64,000 nt of DNA from positions 1,120,001 through 1,184,000 of the forward strand of contig CBDCDC010000002.1 of assembly GCA_965215195.1 (NCBI GenBank), in the 5' to 3' direction. The notes beneath the pieces were generated by a model, which saw nothing but the letters and a program-made list of their open reading frames with translations, was not told where the DNA came from and made no database searches. Shown one piece after another: positions 55,030 to 64,000 of the stretch (position 1 is its first letter; every line of letters begins with the position of its first letter). Made by a program: the position numbers and the translations under genes. The stretch is from Candidatus Latescibacterota bacterium. Lineage in GTDB: Bacteria; Latescibacterota; UBA2968; UBA8231.

Positions 55030-57387
55030 TCAGTATGCTACGTGTACGAGCCTCTGGACCACTTCTTCGCCGGCGTCGGCGGGCACGGAAATATGCACCA
55101 GATAAACCCCTGGGGGCACCGTCCCAGAGGCTGTGGTGCCGTCCCAAGCGTATTGCGCCTGGTTGCCCGCGGGGTTGTGGTTGGCCAACTCGACCACCTG
55201 GACCCCGTTGAGAGCAAAGATCCGCACCCGTGGTTGCTTCCCGGTCTTTACCACAATAAACCTCAGCCGATAAAGATCGTTGGCACCATCTTGGTTCGGC
55301 GTGAATATCTCGGTGTGACTGAGCTTGCGGACTAGCACCTCGTCAGCGACCGCGTCCGGCACGAAAACCTGATCGGCCCCGAAAACCACCGGCAGTACGC
55401 CTTGGGTATTGTCGGCCTGCGCGGAATTGAAGACGAACGCTTCGAAAACCGTCGGGCTGGCGAATACGCGCGTTGTAAAAGCAATCTCCACTGAATCGCG
55501 CCGAACTGCGGGCGGGGGCAACTGCACCAGCAGTGAATCCCCTTGCAGCGCACTAGTCGCCTCGACTTCGACCCCACCGACGGTCGTCCGCACCAAATTG
55601 GCCCCAGCACCGCCTATCGGCAGGGTAATCAATACCCGGTCAAAACCCACATCGCCGCCGTTGAAGGCCGCCGGCTTGATCGTATAGCGGAATTCCGTCA
55701 GCGAATCCAACGCGGCCTCCCGCGGCAAGACGCCACCGCTCAGCCCGGAGGAAATCACCGGATCGCTGGCCACAAAAGTCAGCGAACGCAGTTTGGGGAA
55801 GACCTCGGGATCATCGCTGATTAGCGCCACGCGAGCCTGCAACCATTGCCGGGGCGTCGGCGACTGGAAGGCCTGTCCCGAGAAGCGGTGCGGATTGCTC
55901 CAAGTGCTCCAAGAAGCGTCGCGGATGCTCTCTTCGACGATATCGCCGCGCTGGCGCCTTTTGGCCGCCTCGTAGCCGTCCTTGGTAACTTCCTTGCCGT
56001 TGGTCAGGTAGTAGCGCGTAATATTCTGGAAGCCGTTGCCCGTCTGAGTCTGCACCTCAATCCGGGTGCCAGGCGGGAGGTCGGCATCCCACTCAACCCG
56101 GCGGATACTTCGCGCACCGCCCATCGGCAGATCAACCGACTCAATGGAGATGCGAGCGGGATAGCCCTCGCTGTGGAAGATCCACCACTGCAACGCCCGG
56201 CAATTGCCCCTGCCGCCGGGCACGCGCCAGTTGATCAACCGCACGGCTCGCGGCGGAAACTGGAAATCGTAGATGCCCTTGTTGCCAGTATCCGCCGCGA
56301 GCAGTTCATACTCAAAAGGGCCTTCCACTTCCAGAATCGCAGTCTTACTGAGCGTTCCGTCCGAAGTGAATAACTCTTGGTTAGACCAACCGCAGCCGCC
56401 GGAAAAATGAGCGTACGGATAGGGGCCGACACCGCTGACATAGGGCAACCACACCACCCGGTCAACGCGGAAGACGTTTTCAAAATCGACCACTCCCCAG
56501 TAACCCGAATCGCGCCAATCGCCGCTTTCGATAACCGCCTCGATATTCCACATGCGGAAGCCTAGGTCCTCGTCGATTAGCGCCTCGGCACCGCTGCCGC
56601 GCCCACAGGCACGGTCAGAGCATTGGCGTGCATCCGACGTCCAAGTCCGCCCGCCCCACCCTTCGTCGCCGCGCTCGAGCCGGCGTTTAATCGCAACCTT
56701 GGAGGCGATGTTGAACCCTACGCCGTCAACCTCAATCTCGGCTAAGGCCGCGTTGGGTGTGCGGCCGGCGGCTTCGAAGCGCACAAAGCGCACCGGCGAG
56801 AATTTTTGCGACGGGTCCTTATCCATTTCAAGTTGGAACTCAACTACGCGCTCGGTGTTGTTGTTGACCGGACGACCGACCTGATTGAAGACGATCCGGT
56901 TGCCCCCACCGAAAGCCACTCGCACTCCCGGACTGGTGAATACCGAGAAAAACGTGAACGGTCGCGCGTTGGTGGTATCGGGAAAAATTACGCGGATCTT
57001 GTCGGCGATCACCGCCCGACCCAGATCGAGCTCCACCCAGAAGTGCTCCGTCGGGTCGGTGGCAATGGGCTTCCACCAAGTATTGGGATCTTGGTCGGCG
57101 ATCAAGTGGGCGTCGGCTTGGTTCGAGGGAGTGCGCACCGGTCGGATGCTACCGTAGAGGTCGCCGATGATCACCGATGAGAACTCGTCGGCATTGGCCA
57201 CTGCATTGAAGGTCTTGCCGAAGCGCCTGACCTCAATGCCATCTTCCCGGACGTTGACCAAGCCCCGGGGATGGTCCCAAGCTTCGAAATCCAATCCGCT
57301 GAAAACCAAATCCTGCGCCGCCAGCTCTGCTCCCGCAAGCGCGGCCGCCACAGCCACAGCTATTATCCGGTTCAATGGGCGTCTCAT
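55030..57387 (-). CDS. Secreted discoidin-like + FlgD-Ig protein C (module copy 2)
   Basis: Paralog of 18260-20617; FTPNQDGAND...WDG...PGVY...HVAY. Confidence 0.75.
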   Translation of the reverse strand: MRRPLNRIIAVAVAAALAGAELAAQDLVFSGLDFEAWDHPRGLVNVREDGIEVRRFGKTFNAVANADEFSSVIIGDLYGSIRPVRTPSNQADAHLIADQDPNTWWKPIATDPTEHFWVELDLGRAVIADKIRVIFPDTTNARPFTFFSVFTSPGVRVAFGGGNRIVFNQVGRPVNNNTERVVEFQLEMDKDPSQKFSPVRFVRFEAAGRTPNAALAEIEVDGVGFNIASKVAIKRRLERGDEGWGGRTWTSDARQCSDRACGRGSGAEALIDEDLGFRMWNIEAVIESGDWRDSGYWGVVDFENVFRVDRVVWLPYVSGVGPYPYAHFSGGCGWSNQELFTSDGTLSKTAILEVEGPFEYELLAADTGNKGIYDFQFPPRAVRLINWRVPGGRGNCRALQWWIFHSEGYPARISIESVDLPMGGARSIRRVEWDADLPPGTRIEVQTQTGNGFQNITRYYLTNGKEVTKDGYEAAKRRQRGDIVEESIRDASWSTWSNPHRFSGQAFQSPTPRQWLQARVALISDDPEVFPKLRSLTFVASDPVISSGLSGGVLPREAALDSLTEFRYTIKPAAFNGGDVGFDRVLITLPIGGAGANLVRTTVGGVEVEATSALQGDSLLVQLPPPAVRRDSVEIAFTTRVFASPTVFEAFVFNSAQADNTQGVLPVVFGADQVFVPDAVADEVLVRKLSHTEIFTPNQDGANDLYRLRFIVVKTGKQPRVRIFALNGVQVVELANHNPAGNQAQYAWDGTTASGTVPPGVYLVHISVPADAGEEVVQRLVHVAY

Positions 57388-57405
57388 CTTTCCCTCGCTA
57401 GGCCG

Positions 57406-59490
57406 TTAATAAATCACTGCGACGGGTTTGAATAGCGTTTGGATGCCCTGATCCACATCCACCTCAACTACGATCAAGTAGATCCCTGGCGCGACCAATC
57501 CATCCGCTTCGTCCTGCCCAGCCCAACTCGGCCCGTAGGGTCCGGCAATGGCTTGTTGGTCTAGCACCGAGGCAATCCGGTGCCCGGCTAGGTCGTAGAT
57601 CTCGACCCGGACTCCAGCACCGCCGACGCCGAACAGGTTGAAGGAAACCACGGTCTCATCATTAATCCCATCGCCGTTAGGAGTGATAACCGGAGACGAC
57701 AGCCGCAGGTCTCCGGTAACGCGCGTTTTGACCTCGGTCGCCACCACCTGGATATCGTTGCTGCCACCCCCTGTGCGAGCGTCGCCCGACTCAATCGACT
57801 GCGGCAAGCTAGCGACTGCGGTGTCGCTGTTGAATATCCGTCCTTCCATAAAGACGGAGGCCTGATAGATGGCGCTGCGGAAGTGAAGCCGCAAAGTCGC
57901 ATCCTCGGCGATTGGTTCGGCAAAGAGAACCCGCAGGAGACCGGCAGCGGTTTGTTGGGAAAAATCCGTTCCCTCCAGTAATTCGACCCCGTCCCGCTCC
58001 AAGCCGATGAAACGCGCCCCCGCAGGCACATCGAGTTCGACGCCGTCAAAACCGGGCCGGACACCCGTGCCGAATACAGTGCGAATATCGTAGACGAAAA
58101 GCGTATCTACCCCCAACGGCACTTCCACCACGCCTTGCTGGTCCTCGGCCAATCCCGCTAGCGACACTTCCCCCAGTACGCTATCGGCCAAGACCGGCGA
58201 AAACTCAAAGGCCACCGAATCGAGGACGCCGAAGGCGAGCGGGTCGGCGGTTTTGATCTCGAAGCGGAACTGGAAAAATTCTCTGCCGTCGGAGGAGCGG
58301 ATCTCGTCGCCCGATGTCTGGTAGGGCACCGACCAATTATTCCAATGGGTGATATCGTCGGAACGCGAAGCCCGATATCCAGCAAGCCCGCCGGAATTGA
58401 CCGACGATATCTCAAACTGGCTGCGCGGCGGCGGCCCCTCGAAATAGGTCTCCCGGTCCACCAGAACTTGGCGACCGAGTTCATCAAAGATGAAGTAATC
58501 AAGCGGGTCGGCGTCGCCCCCCGCCCGGGTGCGGAGCAGCAATTCGACCGGGGCCGCCGGATCAGCCGAGATCTCGCCTGAAGATGCCTGGCGGTATTTG
58601 GTGAAGTTCCAAGTGATTCGGCCAAGGCTAACCTGCCCGCCGAAAGAATGGACTTTGGAGACATAGCGACCTTCGGCCGGGAACCCTCGCCCGAAGGCCT
58701 CGACTTCCGCCAGCATCCCGGTAGAGGTCACGCCGCCGAACTTGAAGCGCAAAAAGCGGGTGAAGCGCAGCCCGGCTTTCAACGAGACGATGCTGGTGTT
58801 GTTGGTGAAGGTGCTACCCAAAACCTCCTCTAGGGGATGGTAGCCATTCGTCCCGGTCGAGACATCCTCGTCTTCAAAGATCAGCCAATCTACCGGCGTA
58901 TTGGCGCGGCTAACCTCATAGGCGACCGGGAACAGCGCCCGCTGCCGCCGGCCGTCTTCGAACAGACCGCTCTGCGGTGGGTAAAAGGAGACGCTGTCAA
59001 TCGGCACCGGCACGCCGAGATCGAGCGTGAAAAACTTGTCAACCGTCGGCAAACCGTCGGCGCGTTCGGCGTGCAGGAACGCCGGGCTCAGTCCGTCCCC
59101 ATCGACTAATCCGCGCGAGATTGCTACGGTACCCGCCTCGCGCCTTCCGCCATCCCACAGCCGTGGATTCCAGCCTAACCGCAAGGTATCGCCCTCGAGG
59201 GTAATCGGACCTTTGGAGAAATTCCAAGTATAGCCGAAGACATTGCGCTGACTCGAAATTCCGGTGGTCCGCACCAATTCGCGCATGACACTGTGGCCAC
59301 GCGGAATTTCCTGGGGCTGGATTGATCCGGCGCGGCTAGTGTCGTCGAGGGCGATCCAGCGCTCGCGCGCTTGGACCCAAGGCTCGCCATTGGCCCCGCC
59401 GACAACCCAAGCCACATCCATTGCCTGCCCCCAAGCCGCGCCCTGTAACCACAGCAGCACCGTACACGCTCTGGTGTTTAAACGGATCAA
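57406..59490 (-). CDS. Secreted discoidin-like + FlgD-Ig protein B (module copy 2)
   Basis: Paralog of 16198-18249; TPNGDGIND...PGIY...AVIY. Confidence 0.75.
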   Translation of the reverse strand: MIRLNTRACTVLLWLQGAAWGQAMDVAWVVGGANGEPWVQARERWIALDDTSRAGSIQPQEIPRGHSVMRELVRTTGISSQRNVFGYTWNFSKGPITLEGDTLRLGWNPRLWDGGRREAGTVAISRGLVDGDGLSPAFLHAERADGLPTVDKFFTLDLGVPVPIDSVSFYPPQSGLFEDGRRQRALFPVAYEVSRANTPVDWLIFEDEDVSTGTNGYHPLEEVLGSTFTNNTSIVSLKAGLRFTRFLRFKFGGVTSTGMLAEVEAFGRGFPAEGRYVSKVHSFGGQVSLGRITWNFTKYRQASSGEISADPAAPVELLLRTRAGGDADPLDYFIFDELGRQVLVDRETYFEGPPPRSQFEISSVNSGGLAGYRASRSDDITHWNNWSVPYQTSGDEIRSSDGREFFQFRFEIKTADPLAFGVLDSVAFEFSPVLADSVLGEVSLAGLAEDQQGVVEVPLGVDTLFVYDIRTVFGTGVRPGFDGVELDVPAGARFIGLERDGVELLEGTDFSQQTAAGLLRVLFAEPIAEDATLRLHFRSAIYQASVFMEGRIFNSDTAVASLPQSIESGDARTGGGSNDIQVVATEVKTRVTGDLRLSSPVITPNGDGINDETVVSFNLFGVGGAGVRVEIYDLAGHRIASVLDQQAIAGPYGPSWAGQDEADGLVAPGIYLIVVEVDVDQGIQTLFKPVAVIY

Positions 59491-61481
59491 TACGCTACCC
59501 CTATTAACTTGGCGGTTTCAAGGGCTTCGGCATCGGCCTTGATGGAAAACCGAATGATGTATATCCCCGGCGGCACCATTGCGCCGCTCTCCCCCCTGCC
59601 ATCCCACGCCTCGCGGTACGCCCCTGCGGACCGCACGCCGGAGACGAGCCGACGCACCTCGATACCGGACAGATCAAAAACGCCGATATCGACCTCGAGA
59701 TCCCCGGCAAATTGGGCCAAGACAAAGTCGATATCGACCGCGTCATTGACCGCATCGCCGTTGGGCGTGACAATCGGAGTCAAAAGCTGGGTTTCGATTT
59801 TTGGCCGGGAATCAAGCGTGAAGATGTTGATCGTCCCGGTGCCCACATCACTGCTGGCGTCGCCGACCGCAATGGGATGAGGCGGTACATCGCCCGCACC
59901 CAGCAGCCAAGCATTGACTGGCGTATTGTGTTCGAGGAGCCGCAATTTGAAGGTGACTCGCAACGGCTGATTGTTGGCCTCTTGCACGGGGTCGAAAAAC
60001 ACCTCAAAGCCATCGACAGTCTCCACCACCTCGGCATCGCCGATCGCGACGAGCGGATCGCCCATCTGCAGTCCAGAAAAAACCGGCGGTGGGAAAGCCG
60101 CCAGCTTGACGCCGCGGAAACCCGCCAATCCCTCCGCGTCGAAGTCGGCGCGGATGTCATAGACGAACGATGTATCTACTCCGCCTGCAACAGCGATAAC
60201 TCCGCCCTGCGGGCTTAGATCATCCGCCAGCGCCACCTCGCCTACCGCGTTACTGACGAGCGCAGGCGAATGTTCCAAGCTCAGGGTGTCGATGCGGATC
60301 GTGGTTTCGGCGTCCCCTTGAAAAAAGAAGCGAAACTGAAAAAACTCGCGCGGACTAGGCAGATTGACCGGCAGGATTAGGGTGCCCGTCGCGTCGATTG
60401 TCAGGGGTGTCGACCACGGACTCCAGTTATCCCCGTCGTCGCGGATATCGCCCTTGACAAAGTCGCGCACCGGCCCTTGCTCCTCCGCCGGCAGTTCGAG
60501 ATAGTCAACCCGCTCCAATTCCTCGAGGACCTCGCCAGTGCTGGGATCCTGACGGAATAAGGCACGCCGTGGCAAATCGGCGTTGTACTCGGCGAATGAG
60601 ACCTCTGCAACAGAGCCGGTATCGCGGTCGCGGCGAAAATAAGACAGCGGCGTGTCGTCGGCGCCGCTGCGCATCTGCAGGACGGCGACTGGCCGCCGGT
60701 CTTCGCCTCCAGCGCCACGCACCAGCTTGGTCGCGTGAATCCGCAGTTGTCCAAAATTGACTGCTTCGCTAAAAGAATGCAGGTCGGAGACATAACTCGA
60801 CACTGGCACGAAACCCTCGCCGAAAATCTCAAATTCGGCCAAGTTGAAGGCCGACTTGGACAAAACCTTGAGTTGTAGAAAACGACCCTGCAAGGGCGGA
60901 AATTCCAAATCGACGACTTGGTTGCGGTTGCCCTCCACTCTCCGCAGCAACTGATAGGTCGGTCGGTTGATCTCGTTGAAGTCGGCTCCGTCGTTGACTA
61001 GCAACTCAAAAGCCTTGATAAAGGAGTCGGGATCGTTGGGATCGGGGTAGAAGCGCACTCGATTGATCGGGAAAGGAGACCCTAGATCCCAAAAGAAGGT
61101 CGCGCCCGCCTGATTGCGGATGCTCTTGAAGCTGGCCTCGGAGGAGCTGCTTGGGTCGCCGTCAACCAAGCGCAAGGGACCATTGATCTGGTTGAATAGA
61201 CCGTCGTTGGACCACGCCCGCGGCTGACCCACGGCCGTGAAATCAGGGGGTTGTCCCTTTAACCAAGTCAGACCGGAATCGCGCAGTAGCTGGATCAAAT
61301 TTTGGCCGCTGGTCAGTTCGAGCGACTGCAGCGAGCCATCGCTTTCCACCGCCCCGGTCTGCACGGAGGCCTGATCGGTCCACGACAGGCCTCCGCGACC
61401 GACTTGATAGACCTCTACCTGACCATAGGCCGCAGTGATCCATAGACATAGGACCACGGCTCTGATCCAGAGAGTGATCAT
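59487..61481 (-). CDS. Secreted discoidin-like + FlgD-Ig protein A (module copy 2)
   Basis: Paralog of 14219-16201; TPNGDAVND...WDGR...PGIY...GVAY. Confidence 0.75.
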   Translation of the reverse strand: MITLWIRAVVLCLWITAAYGQVEVYQVGRGGLSWTDQASVQTGAVESDGSLQSLELTSGQNLIQLLRDSGLTWLKGQPPDFTAVGQPRAWSNDGLFNQINGPLRLVDGDPSSSSEASFKSIRNQAGATFFWDLGSPFPINRVRFYPDPNDPDSFIKAFELLVNDGADFNEINRPTYQLLRRVEGNRNQVVDLEFPPLQGRFLQLKVLSKSAFNLAEFEIFGEGFVPVSSYVSDLHSFSEAVNFGQLRIHATKLVRGAGGEDRRPVAVLQMRSGADDTPLSYFRRDRDTGSVAEVSFAEYNADLPRRALFRQDPSTGEVLEELERVDYLELPAEEQGPVRDFVKGDIRDDGDNWSPWSTPLTIDATGTLILPVNLPSPREFFQFRFFFQGDAETTIRIDTLSLEHSPALVSNAVGEVALADDLSPQGGVIAVAGGVDTSFVYDIRADFDAEGLAGFRGVKLAAFPPPVFSGLQMGDPLVAIGDAEVVETVDGFEVFFDPVQEANNQPLRVTFKLRLLEHNTPVNAWLLGAGDVPPHPIAVGDASSDVGTGTINIFTLDSRPKIETQLLTPIVTPNGDAVNDAVDIDFVLAQFAGDLEVDIGVFDLSGIEVRRLVSGVRSAGAYREAWDGRGESGAMVPPGIYIIRFSIKADAEALETAKLIGVAY

Positions 61482-61514
61482 CTTTATTAAAAACGAATGT
61501 ACACGCCGTTATTC

Positions 61515-62273
61515 TCAATCTGCGACCACACTCGCCTGCTGTGCATCCGAAAGATCATACCCCCGCAGGACCTCGCGTTCGAACAAAAAGCTGAGATCGA
61601 TCGTTTCAACTGCTTCGCCGGCGTAGTTAAAGCGGACGGCAATATCTTCGAGATCAAGGCGGATGTTCGTCACGTCGGCGGCGAGCAGGGGAAAAACTAG
61701 ATACCCCTCTTGTTCGCTGCCGCTAAAGACGGTGGTCGCCTCGGTGTACATGGATTGTCGGAGGATACTGGTGCGGCTTTTGAAATCGACTCGACCCTGG
61801 CCGGTGCGCCCCAGCCAGAAGGCGCGGAAATAAGCGTAAAGCTGGGCGTAGGAAAGCGATCGATAGATTCTGTTGTTGGTCGAGGTAATCGTCGCCTTCT
61901 GCGGGTCAATTACGACCTTGGGGAACTGGTAATTGCTCACTTTGAGCTGGATCACGGTAAAGCGCGATCGGGTCCAGTCCTCGCCAGGTAACTGCCAGTC
62001 GCCAAAGGTGTAGGGGTTGGTCGAAGCCGCTCCGCCGGTAGATGCGGCGGGAAATTGCCGGTTGAGTTCAGCGTCGATCATCGGCTTGAGATTGAGAGCC
62101 AGACGATTGAGGGTATAGGTGACTGAACCATCGTCGTTGACCACCATCCCTTCCGCCTGTTGGGCCATGGGCCGCAGGTCTTGCGGGAAATAGCGGCCAC
62201 AGCCCCCTATTGTGAGCAAGATACCAAGCAACAACAATCCGCGCATGTGCCAGATCCTTATCACGGGCGACAC
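61515..62273 (-). CDS. Lipoprotein (module copy 2, gene 2)
   Basis: TIGG-CGRYF lipobox; paralog of 13506-14219. Confidence 0.75.
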   Translation of the reverse strand: MSPVIRIWHMRGLLLLGILLTIGGCGRYFPQDLRPMAQQAEGMVVNDDGSVTYTLNRLALNLKPMIDAELNRQFPAASTGGAASTNPYTFGDWQLPGEDWTRSRFTVIQLKVSNYQFPKVVIDPQKATITSTNNRIYRSLSYAQLYAYFRAFWLGRTGQGRVDFKSRTSILRQSMYTEATTVFSGSEQEGYLVFPLLAADVTNIRLDLEDIAVRFNYAGEAVETIDLSFLFEREVLRGYDLSDAQQASVVAD

Positions 62274-62277
62274 TCAA

Positions 62278-62318
62278 GTAATTCGGGGCAATGGCAAACG
62301 CCCATTGCCCCGAATTAC
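62278..62318. terminator. Perfect 17-bp stem-loop between module genes 1 and 2
   Basis: GTAATTCGGGGCAATGG-CAAACGC-CCATTGCCCCGAATTAC. Confidence 0.7.
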
Positions 62319-62345
62319 CTCTCTGCCAACCGACTTAGGTCATGC

Positions 62346-63275
62346 CTATTTATAGGCGTTTTTGATCTGACCCCAGGTTGAACTCTCCACCGCAGTCCCA
62401 GCATCGCCGCGACCATCGACATAGTCGCCAACCCGCAGCAACAAGGCGTGCGAGTAGTACTGGCGGGCCGAAGCCTCAGGGCCGCGCGAGGTGAAGTCGT
62501 TGTCGGGCGAACTGGAATCGCCGTCCTCGATCCAAAAGGAGAACGGCAGGCCAAAACCATCTTCACCGGCAACGTCGTCGAGCTGATGGACCTGGCTAAC
62601 TGCGGGACCGCCGTCCTCGAGGAACCAGAAGACTATGTAGTTGAACTCGTAGACCGTAGTACCGCCAGTAGGCCAGATATCAGCCGCCCAAGCTTCGGGC
62701 GGATCAACGGTCACCGAATAGTCCATGTATTCTGGGTCGCCGTACTGTATCCAAGCTTCCTGATCCAGCCAGCGATAGCGGATATTGGCGGGTGGGCTCA
62801 GATCGCCAGGCGCACCGAGCCACTCCATGTTGTAACCGGAGGGCAACTCGCGGCCGTGATCTTGAGGATCGAGAGCAAACTCGATCATTTCGCCCTCCCA
62901 GCGCTCGATGTTGGTGCCGTGATGATGCAACGTGTCATCGACGATCTCCAAGAACACGAACCAGCGATTGACATCGCCTCCCTTCCACCCCATAAACAGA
63001 GTGAAGCTGAGGTCGTCGCGGGTCGGCGACGGGCGATCGGCCTCATCGCGGAACTCCTCGGTGACGATCGTGTACTCGGGATCCCACCAGTCCCAATCAT
63101 CGGCCTTGCCATCCATCACCATATTGGCATCGTCGGGCACTTCGAGCATGTACCACTGGAAACCCATGCTACCATTGCGGGTCTCTATTGGAGGTGGGTC
63201 GTTAAACTGGGCGTTCGCCAGCCCGATAAAAGCTAAGCTGAACACACCCGTCAGGATGAGCTTACGCATCTGCAA
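62346..63275 (-). CDS. Secreted CBM9/DOMON-like protein with STWGxIK tail (module copy 2, gene 1)
   Basis: Signal peptide; paralog of 12482-13429; ends TAVESSTWGQIKNAYK. Confidence 0.75.
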   Translation of the reverse strand: MQMRKLILTGVFSLAFIGLANAQFNDPPPIETRNGSMGFQWYMLEVPDDANMVMDGKADDWDWWDPEYTIVTEEFRDEADRPSPTRDDLSFTLFMGWKGGDVNRWFVFLEIVDDTLHHHGTNIERWEGEMIEFALDPQDHGRELPSGYNMEWLGAPGDLSPPANIRYRWLDQEAWIQYGDPEYMDYSVTVDPPEAWAADIWPTGGTTVYEFNYIVFWFLEDGGPAVSQVHQLDDVAGEDGFGLPFSFWIEDGDSSSPDNDFTSRGPEASARQYYSHALLLRVGDYVDGRGDAGTAVESSTWGQIKNAYK

Positions 63276-63438
63276 TCCCCTTTCTTTGGAGGTTGATACG
63301 AGAGAATATTGATTTACAACATGCTGCGATTGGCATAGATAAAAACGGCTAATACCCTAACAGTTCGCGTTGCGTAATATAATACGAGCCAACAAGGAAT
63401 CCAATCAAAAATTCACCAGAGCTTATATCTACCTCTAT

Positions 63439-64000
63439 TTATTTTAGCGATGGCTCTGGTTTTGCAGGGGCAACGGGCCGCACGAGTTGGACGCGGTCGA
63501 GCCCTATGAGGTAAATCTCTATTTCTCCTTTGCGTTCCTCCCGCAACCGGGCGATCAGATCATCCATTGCCTTATTTTCTTTAAAAGTGAGCAACGCCCC
63601 GCGAATGCTATCGCGAACCAGATCAAAACCCGCAACCTCCCCGTCCTCGCGGGTAAACATATCGGTATTTTCGTCGTAGAACGTGCGTATTTCCTCTTCC
63701 TTCACGTCTTGCTCTAGCGCCACCGCCTTGCCCTCGACGCGATAGAGCCACTGAATCAGCAATTCGTCGCGGCGGGTCTTGGTCTTGGTCCTAACCTCTG
63801 GATCATCATCGAGCTTCAGCCTGCGGGCCTCCGCCAGCATGATCTCCCGTCCCGCCAGCCCGTCGGCAGCCTTGTGCAATCTGGCACTGTCGAGAGACGC
63901 CGGATGTTTGACCCGGCCCAAGCGGTGATATTCCAGATATTCGCCGAGTGTCAACTCGCCGCCCTGCCAATTAAGCAGCACCAGATCCTTCCCCGACCAC
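63439..64000 (-). CDS. PpiC/SurA-like chaperone, 3' part (continues beyond window)
   Basis: Matches the C-terminal half of 31715-33073 (W.GG.L...EYL, HPA.LDSARL, FTR.DG.V..F.LVR.SIR.AL). Confidence 0.75.
   Translation of the reverse strand, partial: WSGKDLVLLNWQGGELTLGEYLEYHRLGRVKHPASLDSARLHKAADGLAGREIMLAEARRLKLDDDPEVRTKTKTRRDELLIQWLYRVEGKAVALEQDVKEEEIRTFYDENTDMFTREDGEVAGFDLVRDSIRGALLTFKENKAMDDLIARLREERKGEIEIYLIGLDRVQLVRPVAPAKPEPSLK

Noticed and set aside
52338-63275. Assembly duplication or DGR template/variable pair
   Set aside because: The copies differ throughout with indels and synonymous changes; there is no reverse transcriptase and no adenine-specific pattern was evident.
1-64000. 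tRNA, rRNA, riboswitch or prophage genes
   Set aside because: None recognised by eye; an Infernal/Rfam scan of intergenic regions (e.g. 35410-35690, 52143-52337, 63276-63438) would be needed to exclude small RNAs.

Overview
GC-rich bacterial chromosome segment. Inference only: the C-terminal 'STWGxIK' secreted proteins, FlgD-Ig proteins, DUF6785-type membrane protein and ECF-sigma fusion resemble Latescibacterota/Poribacteria-like lineages. Contents: (1) 1-8.8 kb, an AT-richer lasso-peptide cluster (JmjC oxygenase, RRE, cyclase, a 45-aa precursor missing from the ORF track, ABC exporter, B2 protease) whose downstream genes are interrupted by two different IS5-family elements. (2) An ECF sigma factor fused to DNA sliding-clamp (DnaN)-like domains. 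(3) An uncharacterised six-gene cell-envelope module present twice in opposite orientation (12.5-25.9 kb + and 52.3-63.3 kb -); the first copy is interrupted by a type II R-M pair with an attC-like tail. (4) A DUF4956 / beta-propeller / metallophosphoesterase / kinase-like-Omp85 locus. (5) A Cas2/VapD-like plus membrane-protein mini-cassette. (6) An eroded type I R-M locus that retains TIR (ThsB-like) genes, a membrane protein and an AAA ATPase. (7) An Opp-type ABC transporter and several catabolic enzymes. No rRNA, tRNA or CRISPR array was recognised. All calls come from manual motif reading; no database search was run.
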